DNA from: a virus
Virus record (IMG/VR): IMGVR_UViG_3300031521_000030
Location: 33,129-97,128 of that record
Direction: 5' to 3' (one strand)
DNA: 64,000 nucleotides
Positions 48,124-57,820 of the stretch are shown here, piece after piece. The notes beneath the pieces were generated by a model that worked only from the letters and a program-made list of their open reading frames with translations, had not been told where the DNA came from and did no database searches. Numbering within the stretch: the stretch's first letter is position 1; the number at the start of each line of letters is the position of its first letter. Position numbers and translations under genes: made by a program.

Positions 48124-48254
48124 TCAGGCGAATGGTGCTCCTCCTAACCGAAAACCGGGGAGGGCTTGAGCACTTCCTTGAGATGGACGAGCAAACATTC
48201 CTTGCATGGTGGGAAGATTGGCAGGACATCATGCGTGCAAGACATAAAAACTAA
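48096..48254 (+). CDS. -1 frameshift extension of the tail chaperone (gpE+E'-like)
   Basis: G GTT TTT slippery site 48096-48102; -1 frame open to 48254, encoding LEHFLEMDEQTFLAWW. Confidence 0.7.
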   Translation, partial: GFSKCSSKLIRRMVLLLTENRGGLEHFLEMDEQTFLAWWEDWQDIMRARHKN

Positions 48255-48356
48255 CTGACAAGGGCATACCTTTCGCCATAGACTGCCCGGCAATACTCGC
48301 TATGAATCAAACGTATGGGATGGAGTTTTAACCGACTTCATCCCATTATGTTTTCC

Positions 48357-49049
48357 ATGATCATCTACAAGGCAACCAACCTACTCAACGGTCGGGTGTA
48401 TGTTGGCCAAACCATAGGGACACTGGCCCAACGCAAGGGGCAGCATTACAAACAGGCCCGGTATGCAGCAAAGCGGGGGGCACGCCGTTCTGCATTCGCT
48501 AAGGCCCTTCTGGCTTCCCCTGTGGCCGCCTTTGCTTGGGAGGTGGTCGCAACCGCTGGTAACCAGAAGGATTTGGATGCCTTGGAGGACCAGTTTATAA
48601 CCAAGTTTGATTCCATGGTTGAGGGGTCGGGCTACAACCACCGCCGGGGTGGCAATGGCGGTAAAGCATCACCCACGGCAATAGCCAACATGCGTGCAGC
48701 CAAAGTAGGGAAGTGCCCCACTATGGCAACCAGAGACAAACTAAGCAGGGCCAAGAAGCGGCTCCGGGGAAGTCGCCTAAGTATGCGAGCTATGGCCGAA
48801 ATTCGTAGCAACCCTTTAGGACTCTCCCAAACGCAACTTGCTCGAAAACTTGGGGTTGATCCCTCCTACGTGAGCATTCTGCAACGCGGGGTTAAACCCA
48901 AACTTTGCATTTCCCAAGAGCTTAGAGATCGGATAGAGTTCGGCTATGTCAAGCAAAACCCCGAATGCCTAACCCAAGCCCAACTGGCTAAAAAATTCCA
49001 AACGAATACGACCGTGATTAGTTGGATACAGCGCGAGAGGATTATTTAA
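48357..49049 (+). CDS. GIY-YIG homing endonuclease with NUMOD3-like and HTH C-terminus
   Basis: IIYKATNLLNGRVYVGQT...R..QH...E..FI...GYN...GG. Confidence 0.9.
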   Translation: MIIYKATNLLNGRVYVGQTIGTLAQRKGQHYKQARYAAKRGARRSAFAKALLASPVAAFAWEVVATAGNQKDLDALEDQFITKFDSMVEGSGYNHRRGGNGGKASPTAIANMRAAKVGKCPTMATRDKLSRAKKRLRGSRLSMRAMAEIRSNPLGLSQTQLARKLGVDPSYVSILQRGVKPKLCISQELRDRIEFGYVKQNPECLTQAQLAKKFQTNTTVISWIQRERII

Positions 49050-49050
49050 A

Positions 49051-51465
49051 ATGCAACAATCAGTCGTCGTTACAATTGGAGCGGTGCTGTCGGGCAGCTT
49101 GCTATCCGGCTTCACCAATGCAGATAAGAAGGTTTCCCTTCTGCGCGGAAACGTGCGTGGGCTCAACAAGGAGCTTCAAACCCTTGCCCGCATATCCAAC
49201 ACTCTCAGCAGTTCGTTTAACCACATTGCGGGCGTCTTAACGGGCGTCAACAAGGTTATGACCCGAACCACGGCCAACATTGGCCATTCGGCAAGGGCAA
49301 ACGACCAACTTGTTTCCGCCAATAGCAGGGTGGCCAAAAGCTACCGGAACCTCACCGATCAGGTCAACACCTACAACCGGGCATCCTCCCGGCGTCCTCC
49401 TATCCCAACCTTCCCCGGCGGGGGCAATGGGCGGCCCGGCATGGGCGGTGGTGGGGGCATGGGTGGTAATGGTGGGCTCGCACAAGCGGCCAACGGTTTG
49501 GGCCTCACCGCCATTGGGATGGGCGGCCTTTATATGGTTGGCGGGGGCCTCATGTCCGCTGCTCAGTTTGAGCAAGCGCAAACCCGCGTAAGGGTCCAGA
49601 ACATGAGGCCGGATGGTTCCTACGATCCCGACCTTCCCGCCCTCAAAAAGCAGCAGATTCGATTGGGCAACCAACTCCCCGGCTCCACCGAAGATTTTGT
49701 CAACATGGATTACACCTTGCGGGCCATGGGGTTCACCCTCAAGGACCTCATCGGTGGCATTAGTGAATCCACGGCTAACCTTGCCGTAGTGACCGGGGAG
49801 AATCCTGAGAATATGGCCCGTCTTCTTGGCTCCGGGGTCAATGCTTTCTCCATGTCCGGCAAGCCGATCACGGCAGCCGAAACCCCGGAGTTGGCCGACT
49901 TTGCCCAAAAGATGAACTTTGGTGCGGGTGTAACCCCCGAGGCATTGATGACCTCCATCAACCGGGCGGTGGGCCACGGTGCCTTGAAAACGGGCAACTA
50001 CAAGGGGATAGAGGGCTTTAAGGACTTGTCCTTTATGATGGCCCCTCTATTGAAGGCCAACCCCGGTTCCCATGAGTTGGTCGGCTCCAACGTGGGCCGG
50101 TTGCTCTCCGGTATTACCAATAAGGAGAAGATCGGCAATGCCAATGCGGACGTTCCGGGGGCAAACCTTAACTTCTTTTCCGGGGGCAAGGTTAAGGACG
50201 GGGTGGCCTTGGTCAAGGAGTTGCAAAAGTTGGTCAAGCTCCCCCTTGAAAAGAGGGCGGCATGGTTGGAAAAAGCGTTTGGCATGGGCACCGATTCAGG
50301 TTTTGCCGAACAACTTGGGAACCTTGGCCCGGATGCGTGGGCTAAAGTCAGGGACCAGATTCTTGAGCAAGCCAGCATTCACAAGAAGATGGCCCCTATC
50401 TTGGATACCTTTGCTAACCGGGTGGAGACTCTCGGAAGCAACATGGGCAACCTTGTCAAGACGGGGTTTACCCCCTTGATGGATACCTTGAAACCTACGG
50501 TGGTTAAATTGGGCCAATGGGTTGGCAAGGTGGAGTCGTTCTCCGAAAGTCATAAAAACCTTTCCCTTGCTGCAACCACAGCGGTAACCGCTCTCTTTGC
50601 CCTCGCCGCTGCCGCCGGGGTTGCGGCCATGGCCACGGTCGCCAAAAACAGTTTGCTAGGCAAAGCGTTCGCGGCCTCCAAGTTCAACCCCCTCAATGTC
50701 GCAAAGGGTGGCATCAATATGGTGAGGGGTGGGGCCGAGGTGGCCAAGGCGGGGGCAACCGGACTCATCGGTTTGGTGGGGGGCAAATTGGCCGAGAAGA
50801 AGGCTGCCGCCGAAGCCACCAAGTATGCCTCCGCATCTGCCTTTAAGATCAGCGCATCTGCCGCCGAGAAAGCAGCGGGCAAGGGAGGCGCTCTATTGGC
50901 CGAGCGCATTGCCGCGAAAGATGGGCTGGCTATTGCCGCAAAAGTTGGGGCGAAAGGCATGGGCAAAGCATGGGCCAAGCGCATCCCTATTTTAAGCCTC
51001 CTCCTTGGCCTCGGCTTTGGTGCTCAACGGGCGTGGGGCGGCGACTTTAAGGGGGCAGGATTGGAAGTGGCCAGCGGGGCCTTGTCAACTGCCGCCCCCT
51101 TTGTGGGTGCAACCGGCGTGGGCGCTCCCGCTGGCATTGGCATGTATGCTGGCTCTCTGGCTATTGATGCCGGGCTCATTGCTCGGGACATTAGCAAGGC
51201 CCGCGACGATGCCGCCAAACTTGCCGACGACCCCCAGCTTGCCAAGATAGCGGCACAGGTTGATGACATGGCCACTAAAGGGGGTCCGGGTGGTGGTGGC
51301 CCAACCACAACAACCATCAATGCTCCTATCACCATTCATGCGGCCCCCGGTCAAGCCCCGGAGATGATTGCCCGCGCAACCGTGGACCGGCTCAATGCGG
51401 TGAAGCGGGAAGAGGAGCGTGCCCAGCGCGAACTTTATGACAACCATGGGGTGGGGACCCCGTAA
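49051..51465 (+). CDS. tail tape measure protein
   Basis: Position; LGNQLPGSTEDF; Ala/Gly-rich; INAPITIHAAPGQ C-terminus. Confidence 0.85.
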   Translation: MQQSVVVTIGAVLSGSLLSGFTNADKKVSLLRGNVRGLNKELQTLARISNTLSSSFNHIAGVLTGVNKVMTRTTANIGHSARANDQLVSANSRVAKSYRNLTDQVNTYNRASSRRPPIPTFPGGGNGRPGMGGGGGMGGNGGLAQAANGLGLTAIGMGGLYMVGGGLMSAAQFEQAQTRVRVQNMRPDGSYDPDLPALKKQQIRLGNQLPGSTEDFVNMDYTLRAMGFTLKDLIGGISESTANLAVVTGENPENMARLLGSGVNAFSMSGKPITAAETPELADFAQKMNFGAGVTPEALMTSINRAVGHGALKTGNYKGIEGFKDLSFMMAPLLKANPGSHELVGSNVGRLLSGITNKEKIGNANADVPGANLNFFSGGKVKDGVALVKELQKLVKLPLEKRAAWLEKAFGMGTDSGFAEQLGNLGPDAWAKVRDQILEQASIHKKMAPILDTFANRVETLGSNMGNLVKTGFTPLMDTLKPTVVKLGQWVGKVESFSESHKNLSLAATTAVTALFALAAAAGVAAMATVAKNSLLGKAFAASKFNPLNVAKGGINMVRGGAEVAKAGATGLIGLVGGKLAEKKAAAEATKYASASAFKISASAAEKAAGKGGALLAERIAAKDGLAIAAKVGAKGMGKAWAKRIPILSLLLGLGFGAQRAWGGDFKGAGLEVASGALSTAAPFVGATGVGAPAGIGMYAGSLAIDAGLIARDISKARDDAAKLADDPQLAKIAAQVDDMATKGGPGGGGPTTTTINAPITIHAAPGQAPEMIARATVDRLNAVKREEERAQRELYDNHGVGTP

Positions 51466-51470
51466 ACTTT

Positions 51471-51962
51471 ATGGCTCAATATCTATACGCTCTTGGCCCA
51501 ATTATGTTCAACACGGACAAGCCCCTTACGGCCTTGGACCGCGATGATGAGTATCGTTGGGCAGAAATTGGTGTGCTCCAAAAGCGGCCCGGCCAGCAAT
51601 GGATTGGCCCCGGCACAAGCACAATGGCTTTCCAAGGGACCATCTTTGCCGCTTACCAAACCTATGGGGGAACCAAGGCGGTAGGCATCCGGCAAATTGA
51701 AGAGATGCGGGCAATAGCCGAGCAAGGCAACCCCCTCGTCTTGGTGGATGGGACGGGGAAGGTGTATGGCCGATGGGTCATTAAGCATATCCGGGAGCAT
51801 GCGGAATCCTTGCTATCCAACGGGGCACCCCGCAAGCAAGAGTTCACACTTACCATTGCCCGGTATGGGGAGAGCACCACCATTAGCCAAGAGGCAATCA
51901 ACAAGGATAATTCCAATGCCATTGAGGTTCCCCGCATGGCCTCGGGCACCGCCTACGCATAA
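51471..51962 (+). CDS. tail protein gpU-like
   Basis: YRWAE...QWIGPG, PLVLVDGTGKVYGRWVI, G.PRKQEFTL. Confidence 0.88.
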   Translation: MAQYLYALGPIMFNTDKPLTALDRDDEYRWAEIGVLQKRPGQQWIGPGTSTMAFQGTIFAAYQTYGGTKAVGIRQIEEMRAIAEQGNPLVLVDGTGKVYGRWVIKHIREHAESLLSNGAPRKQEFTLTIARYGESTTISQEAINKDNSNAIEVPRMASGTAYA

Positions 51963-51978
51963 CTGCAACAAGTTGCAC
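51963..51978. repeat. 16-bp palindrome copy 18
   Basis: CTGCAACAAGTTGCAC, intergenic. Confidence 0.9.
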
Positions 51979-51983
51979 AAAGC

Positions 51984-53126
51984 ATGAAGCCAACATTCAA
52001 AATCACGGTAAGCAGCCCGGAAGGCGGGAACACCCAAGATATTACGGGGGCCATTGAAGAACGGCTCATTGAGGTATCCGTCCATGACCAGATTGGCATG
52101 CGGAACGACCGCCTGACCATCCATATTGATGACCGGGTTACTTTGGACGGGGGCCTCATTACCCTACCCCAAAAGGGATTCATATTTGATGTGGAGATGG
52201 GCTACATCCCGTCCGCCGGGCATGATAATCCCTATGACGGGACCGAATCCCTTGGCACCTTCGTCCTTGATGAGATGGAGTTGGAGAAGAGTGAGCGGGG
52301 CCGGACGGTTGCCATCACCGGGCATGGTTTGGACATGACCGCAAATAAGCTCAAGGAGCAGCACACCACGGCTTTTATGTTCACAACGCTTGGCAAGGTT
52401 GTGGATGCCGTTTGCAAGAAGTCAGGCATGGATGCCATTGTGGACCTCGGGCGCAAGGAGGTTCCCATTGCTCGGGCATACCAGATTTGTGAGAGTGACA
52501 TCTTTTTCCTTGTGCGGTTGGGCAAGCAATATGGTTGCACGGTCAAGGTCCAAGAGGGCAAGGTTTACTTCGCCCCGCAGGACACCATTGATGAGTTGCA
52601 GGACTTGGTTAAGGAGGACATCACCATTGATGAGACGGATACCACCGGCTTCCATTATTTGACCCAAGGGGCGGGGAAATTCTCCTCGGTCACCGCCCGA
52701 TACTTTGACTATGATTCGGCAGATGGCAGCGGCTATTCCACGGTCACCGTTGATGCCCCAACCGAAGAGGGGGATAAAAGCGATGGGCCGGTTGCCGAGT
52801 TGCAACGCCTCTACGCCAATTCAACGGAGGCAAGCGAGGCAGCGCAGACCCGCATTGATATTCTTGCCCGTTCCTTGGATACTTTCTCCTTCAACTGCTA
52901 TGGCAACCCCCTCCTCCTATCCGGGGGGACGTTGGACCTAACGGGTTTTCGCCCGGAGATTCCAACCGAGTGGAAAATTGTCAAAGTTGTGCATAGTTTT
53001 ACCTCCGGGGGATACCTCTGCGATGTGGACTGTGAATTGCCTAAATCGGGATACAAACATCGTAAAAGGACCAAAAAAGTTCGACTTGGGACCAAGCCCC
53101 TGTCTACCATACCCCGAGCCAAGTAA
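51984..53126 (+). CDS. baseplate hub (P2 gpD-like)
   Basis: DITG.I.ERLI...D.L.I.IDD, Q..ESD..FL.RL, GFRPEI..W....H. Confidence 0.88.
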   Translation: MKPTFKITVSSPEGGNTQDITGAIEERLIEVSVHDQIGMRNDRLTIHIDDRVTLDGGLITLPQKGFIFDVEMGYIPSAGHDNPYDGTESLGTFVLDEMELEKSERGRTVAITGHGLDMTANKLKEQHTTAFMFTTLGKVVDAVCKKSGMDAIVDLGRKEVPIARAYQICESDIFFLVRLGKQYGCTVKVQEGKVYFAPQDTIDELQDLVKEDITIDETDTTGFHYLTQGAGKFSSVTARYFDYDSADGSGYSTVTVDAPTEEGDKSDGPVAELQRLYANSTEASEAAQTRIDILARSLDTFSFNCYGNPLLLSGGTLDLTGFRPEIPTEWKIVKVVHSFTSGGYLCDVDCELPKSGYKHRKRTKKVRLGTKPLSTIPRAK

Positions 53127-53132
53127 TCCAAT

Positions 53133-53732
53133 ATGAGCGCACCACGGACTACACCTACAAAGCAACACCAATCCATGGACAAACAAGAAACCCCGACAAC
53201 GCAGCGCGTGGCCGTGCTAGAGCGCCAGTTTCAGGATTTTGCGGCAAACGTAACCACGTTTATCCAAAGCCAGCAAGCCGAGAACCAACGCCTTTACAAT
53301 GCCATCGGGGATAGCGGCAAGCAGTTGTTCAGCGCATTTGAAAAGTTACAGGGGGAGTTGTCCTCGCGGGGAAAGGTAACCGGGCAGTTTGTCCTTTCCC
53401 TGATTGCGGTTGGGGTTTCATTGTTGGTTGGCACATGTGGGTTTGTCCGGGCGTATGTGGCGGGGCAAGTTGAGCCGGTCAAAGCGGAGATGGTTCAAAA
53501 CTTCACCCACCTCATGCAGATAACGGAGGGGAACCTCCTCAAGATCAAAGAGGTTGAAGTTGCGGGCACCACCAACCGGCTGGCCATAACGGCCCACACG
53601 GCAGCCGATGAAGCCACAAAGCAATCCTCCGAGCGGGAGCTTACAAGGCTCCGCAAGGATGTGGATGATGCCCGCGATTATGAGATTTCATCCCTGCGGG
53701 CCTTCCGGGACAAAACCATCAAAACCCCATGA
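53133..53732 (+). CDS. single-TM coiled-coil protein of the lysis cassette
   Basis: Central hydrophobic segment FVLSLIAVGVSLLVGTCGFV. Confidence 0.6.
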   Translation: MSAPRTTPTKQHQSMDKQETPTTQRVAVLERQFQDFAANVTTFIQSQQAENQRLYNAIGDSGKQLFSAFEKLQGELSSRGKVTGQFVLSLIAVGVSLLVGTCGFVRAYVAGQVEPVKAEMVQNFTHLMQITEGNLLKIKEVEVAGTTNRLAITAHTAADEATKQSSERELTRLRKDVDDARDYEISSLRAFRDKTIKTP

Positions 53733-54313
53733 AGAACCTTTTAGTTTTGGGCCTTGCCCTAACCCTTCTATCGGGCTGTGCCACTCGCCAGCCTTTGACC
53801 TCTGCCCGGCAAGTTGTTTCTATTGCCCCGCAGACCGCCCCGGTTAAACAAGCCGTGGCCAAAACCCGCGCAACGGTTGCCAAGGCTGCCACGGCTGCCC
53901 AGCAAGCCACGCAACGGGCCGATGAGGTTCAGACCATGGCCCAGCATATTGCCACCGTGGGGGTCATTGCCAATAGCGAGGAAGCCACCGCCATGGTTGC
54001 CAAGGCCGCCGAGGTTAAAGTCCAGTTATCCGATGTTACCGGGCAACTGCAACAAGCGCAGGTGGATATTGCCGAGAGTGAATCCCAAGTTGCCGTCCTA
54101 ACCTCCCAAGTCGATCAGCAAAGCAGGGAGCTTGTCCAAAGTGTGGCTGCCATCAACCAGTCCGTGGCCAATAGGGCGGCAGTTGAAAAGACCGCCATCC
54201 TTGAGGCCGATGCCGCCACACGTTGGCGCAAGGTTGCCACCGGGCTTGGCGTCCTATCCTTAACCCTTGGCGCGGGGCTTTACATTGCCATGAAATCCAA
54301 GCTACCCTTTTAG
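53729..54313 (+). CDS. putative unimolecular spanin
   Basis: Lipobox LLSG-C at the N-terminus, heptad body, C-terminal TM VATGLGVLSLTLGAGLYIAM. Confidence 0.6.
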   Translation: MKNLLVLGLALTLLSGCATRQPLTSARQVVSIAPQTAPVKQAVAKTRATVAKAATAAQQATQRADEVQTMAQHIATVGVIANSEEATAMVAKAAEVKVQLSDVTGQLQQAQVDIAESESQVAVLTSQVDQQSRELVQSVAAINQSVANRAAVEKTAILEADAATRWRKVATGLGVLSLTLGAGLYIAMKSKLPF

Positions 54314-54316
54314 CTT

Positions 54317-54640
54317 ATGAATATTCCAATCCTATCGTTCCTCAAACGCTACTGGCTGCTCTTGGTCATGTTGGCGCTCGCCCTTGTCCTTTGCCTAACC
54401 GACCTCCCGTTCAAACTTGCGGGCATGTTCGTGTTCCTCCCCGCTCGCGGGTTGGGGGCAATCATCGTCGCCCTGCTCATTCGGCATCTGTTCTTCCGGC
54501 AAACGCTGGAACTCGATGTTGATAACGGGGATTTCGTTACATGGTGGAAAGCATTGGCCCCAAGGGACCGCGTGTTTGCCAACCTCGCCATCATGGCCGT
54601 TCTATTCCTTGGCCTCTGCCATATAGCCGCATCCCTTTGA
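54317..54640 (+). CDS. putative holin (3 TM)
   Basis: Three hydrophobic segments; immediately before the endolysin. Confidence 0.6.
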   Translation: MNIPILSFLKRYWLLLVMLALALVLCLTDLPFKLAGMFVFLPARGLGAIIVALLIRHLFFRQTLELDVDNGDFVTWWKALAPRDRVFANLAIMAVLFLGLCHIAASL

Positions 54641-54641
54641 T

Positions 54642-55307
54642 ATGCACAACCCCACCCGCAATACCCGGCTCGCCTTTATGACCGTCCTGCTTGGGGTGCT
54701 TATCCTCCTCACCGCCTTCGTTGGCCACGCGGGCGTCCCGGACCAAGCAGCCCGGTGGGATTCGGCCAAGGTTCGCCATGAGAACCAGTCCAGCATAGAC
54801 AAGTCCCTTTGGCTTTATGGGCGCATCCATGGCCGGTATGAGGCCATTACCGCCCTGCGTAGCAATGGTGCCCCGGCGATTGTCCTCTTCTGCCTCCACC
54901 AAAGGGAGTCGGATGGGAGCTTTGCCCGGCATCCACATGAGGGGAGCCCTTTGATGCACCGCACCCGAGACGTTCCGAAGGGCCGGTTGCCAAGCCCGAA
55001 CCCCCCCTATTCATGGGAGCAATCCGCCGAGGATGCCTACTATGTCTGCGACCACTTGGATTTGGTGCCATGGCACAAGCTCCCGGCAGCCCTGCAAGCC
55101 ATAGAGGCGTTCAATGGCACCGGCTACCAACGCTACCACCCGGACGTGCCCTCGCCCTACCTATGGGCCGGGACAACGGTTTACCTCCGGGGCAAGTATG
55201 TTGAGGATGGCCGGTTTGATCGCTTCGCGGTTGATAAGCAAGTTGGTGCCGCCGCCATCTTGAAACGGGCCGCCGAGCGGGGCATTGCCCTGCCTTGGGA
55301 CCCATAA
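54642..55307 (+). CDS. endolysin, lysozyme-like (COG5526-type) with N-terminal signal/TM
   Basis: HQRES, G.PL..RT..VPKGR, WEQSA.DA, E.FNG.GY, PSPYLWAGT..Y..GKYV.DG. Confidence 0.85.
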   Translation: MHNPTRNTRLAFMTVLLGVLILLTAFVGHAGVPDQAARWDSAKVRHENQSSIDKSLWLYGRIHGRYEAITALRSNGAPAIVLFCLHQRESDGSFARHPHEGSPLMHRTRDVPKGRLPSPNPPYSWEQSAEDAYYVCDHLDLVPWHKLPAALQAIEAFNGTGYQRYHPDVPSPYLWAGTTVYLRGKYVEDGRFDRFAVDKQVGAAAILKRAAERGIALPWDP

Positions 55308-55380
55308 CTTTCCTACGGGGACTAGGAACCTGTGCCGGGGGCTTCGCTACCCTCCCGGCATGGGGCTCCCTTTGAGTTCG

Positions 55381-55396
55381 CTGCAACTTGTTGCAC
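55381..55396. repeat. 16-bp palindrome copy 19
   Basis: CTGCAACTTGTTGCAC, intergenic. Confidence 0.9.
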
Positions 55397-55421
55397 CGGA
55401 CTCTTTTTTTGTGCAAAGTCC

Positions 55422-55450
55422 TTGCCAATTATTCGGTTAAACCCCATATT
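55422..55450 (+). promoter_or_regulatory. promoter/operator copy upstream of the AAA ATPase
   Basis: TTGCCAATTATTCGGTTAA, N17, CATATT. Confidence 0.7.
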
Positions 55451-55486
55451 GAAACCCGCCCAAAGATAAAAGGGGCAACAACACAA

Positions 55487-57166
55487 ATGAGAACCATTGC
55501 AGCACAGCCAACAGCACAGTCCAACTCCACACTTCCACGAAGCAAAGGGCGGTTTATTTCCAGCTTTGACATTCTGGCCAGCGCGGGCGTTGGGGTAGTT
55601 TTAACCCATGCAAGGGAGCCACACCGCGTATGCGAGGCCCTCCGCGAATGGGCGTTTATGAAGGAGCGGTCTTACCGCGAATGGGATTGCGTCCGGGGCT
55701 GGTCGCTCTATACTGACAACCCCAATGACAAACCCAAGTCGGAGAAGATCGTGGAAGCCACATCTGCCCTGCTCCGCATCAATGATGTTCCGGGGGAGGG
55801 GAAAGAGGCGTGGCGCGAGGGTGTTTTTGTGATGCAGTATCCCCATTGGGTGCTTCCCAAGTCGCCGGTTTTCATCCAATGCCTCAAATCCTATGTTCGG
55901 GATTTCAGCGAAACCAAGCAGCGGCTCGTTTTGGTTGTGCCGGAGGGGTTCCAACTCCCGAAGGAGCTTGAGAATGACATCGTAATGATGGACTTGGACC
56001 TCCCAAGCCGCACCGAACTTTCCGACATCTACCGCCGGATTGCCGACGCATCCTTTGGCGATAACCAAATGCAAAAAGAGCTTTTCCCTCCGGGCGAAGT
56101 TGAGAGCATTATTTCCATCGGCTCCGGTATGACCGAGATGGAGTTTGAGACGGCGGTGGGTCGGGCCATGGTTTCCAATAAGGCAACCTTCCCCAACATC
56201 CCCCTCCAAGATTTCTGCCGGGTTGTCCGGGAGAGCAAGACGGAGGTTGTTCGCCGCTCCGAGGTTTTGGAGTTGATGAGCGCGGGCCGGATGGAAGATG
56301 TTGGTGGTTTGGACATCCTCAAAGGTTGGGTGGCCAAGCGGCGGGTTTGCTTTTCCAAGGACGCCAAGGCGTTCGGCGTTGATAAGCCAAAGGGCATCGC
56401 GCTGATTGGGCCTCCCGGAACCGGCAAGAGTGTTTCAGCAAAGGCCATTGCCGCTCTATTGGGCATCCCGCTCATTCGTTTTGACGTTGGCAAGGTCTTC
56501 AATTCCTTGGTCGGCGAATCGGAAAGCCGCGTGCGCTCGGCCCTTAAACTTATGGAAGCGATGAGCCCATGCGTGGCCTTCGTGGATGAGGTTGACAAGG
56601 CGGGCATTGATCCTCGCAAGGGCGGGGGTGATAGCGGGGTTGGTCAGCGCGTTATGGGCGCTCTATTGACCTTCATGCAAGAAAGCCAAGCGGACATCTT
56701 TTGGATTATGACTGCCAACCGGGTGGACTCCCTGCCCCCCGAGATGCTCCGCAAGGGCCGCCTCGACGAAGTGTTTGCGGTCTTGCCCCCTAACAACATC
56801 GAACGGCTGGAAGTGCTCCGCATCCACCTCCGCAACCGCAAGCAGGACCCGGATGCCATAACGGACCTCGCATTGGCCGTGGATGCCAGCAACGGGTTTG
56901 TGAGCGCCGAGTTGGAGGCAGCGGTTAAGGAGGCCATCGTGGATTCTTACCATGCCAATTGTTCGGCGGTGACCGGGGCCGCTATTGCCACGCACCTCTT
57001 TAACATGAAGCCCCTAAGCGTTGCCTTCCCCGAGGATTTCGAGAAGATGCGGGCATGGGCCGAGGCTAATGCCAAACCGGCAAGCAGCCCGAGCGCCGAG
57101 CAAGCATCCCGCCCCCGCGAGCGCAGCCGGGCCGGGACGGGTGGCCGCAAGGTTGAACTCAACTAA
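55487..57166 (+). CDS. Ycf46-like AAA+ ATPase
   Basis: VGGLDILKGW, GPPGTGKS, LVGESES, FVDEVDK, TANRV.SLPPE.LRKGRLDE; degenerate first AAA domain. Confidence 0.9.
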   Translation: MRTIAAQPTAQSNSTLPRSKGRFISSFDILASAGVGVVLTHAREPHRVCEALREWAFMKERSYREWDCVRGWSLYTDNPNDKPKSEKIVEATSALLRINDVPGEGKEAWREGVFVMQYPHWVLPKSPVFIQCLKSYVRDFSETKQRLVLVVPEGFQLPKELENDIVMMDLDLPSRTELSDIYRRIADASFGDNQMQKELFPPGEVESIISIGSGMTEMEFETAVGRAMVSNKATFPNIPLQDFCRVVRESKTEVVRRSEVLELMSAGRMEDVGGLDILKGWVAKRRVCFSKDAKAFGVDKPKGIALIGPPGTGKSVSAKAIAALLGIPLIRFDVGKVFNSLVGESESRVRSALKLMEAMSPCVAFVDEVDKAGIDPRKGGGDSGVGQRVMGALLTFMQESQADIFWIMTANRVDSLPPEMLRKGRLDEVFAVLPPNNIERLEVLRIHLRNRKQDPDAITDLALAVDASNGFVSAELEAAVKEAIVDSYHANCSAVTGAAIATHLFNMKPLSVAFPEDFEKMRAWAEANAKPASSPSAEQASRPRERSRAGTGGRKVELN

Positions 57167-57178
57167 GGAGACATTACC

Positions 57179-57820
57179 ATGGGCGTTGCAATCAAAGTCA
57201 CAACCGGAAATGAGACGGTCGCACAAGCCACCGCCAAGGTTCACGTTTTCCACAGCCCCAACCGCGAGGAATGGGGCATGAAGGAAACTTACCTCTCGGC
57301 GGTTGCCCGGACCAACCCGGAGATCGTCCGCAAGATTGGGAGCCCCACGCAAATGGACGCCGTGGTTGGCTACATCTCGGAGATCGGGGGCAAGTGGTCT
57401 ACCCAAACCTTTGAGATGCGGGATGGGGAAATCCTCAAGGTATTTGCATCCAAAAAGGAGCGGTGGAACGAGGTCATCAAGACGGCTTGTGTGTTCCTCC
57501 AAATCCGCCCGGATGCCGCCTTCCGGGTTATGCGGGTCAAGCTGCTCAATATCAGCGGTCGGACCCGGATGCCCTTTGCGGAGATCGCTGGCCGGTTTGA
57601 CATTATCTCCCTCAACGATGCCATCGGTTTGGGTTGCACGGTCATGCCACAATTCTACGGCCTATTTACCCCCGCCATGGCAACCGGCCTCTTTGAGTTT
57701 GAGGTCCGGGAACCGGAGATCAAAGCAAAGGTCATCGTGGAGCAAAAAATCATCCACTCCGAAACCGGGGAGCGCCGAGTGTTCCAAGCCCCGCGCAAGG
57801 GCCGATCAATCGAAATGTAG
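57179..57820 (+). CDS. hypothetical protein, ends PRKGRSIEM
   Basis: AAGGAG SD; coupled to the AAA gene. Confidence 0.7.
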   Translation: MGVAIKVTTGNETVAQATAKVHVFHSPNREEWGMKETYLSAVARTNPEIVRKIGSPTQMDAVVGYISEIGGKWSTQTFEMRDGEILKVFASKKERWNEVIKTACVFLQIRPDAAFRVMRVKLLNISGRTRMPFAEIAGRFDIISLNDAIGLGCTVMPQFYGLFTPAMATGLFEFEVREPEIKAKVIVEQKIIHSETGERRVFQAPRKGRSIEM

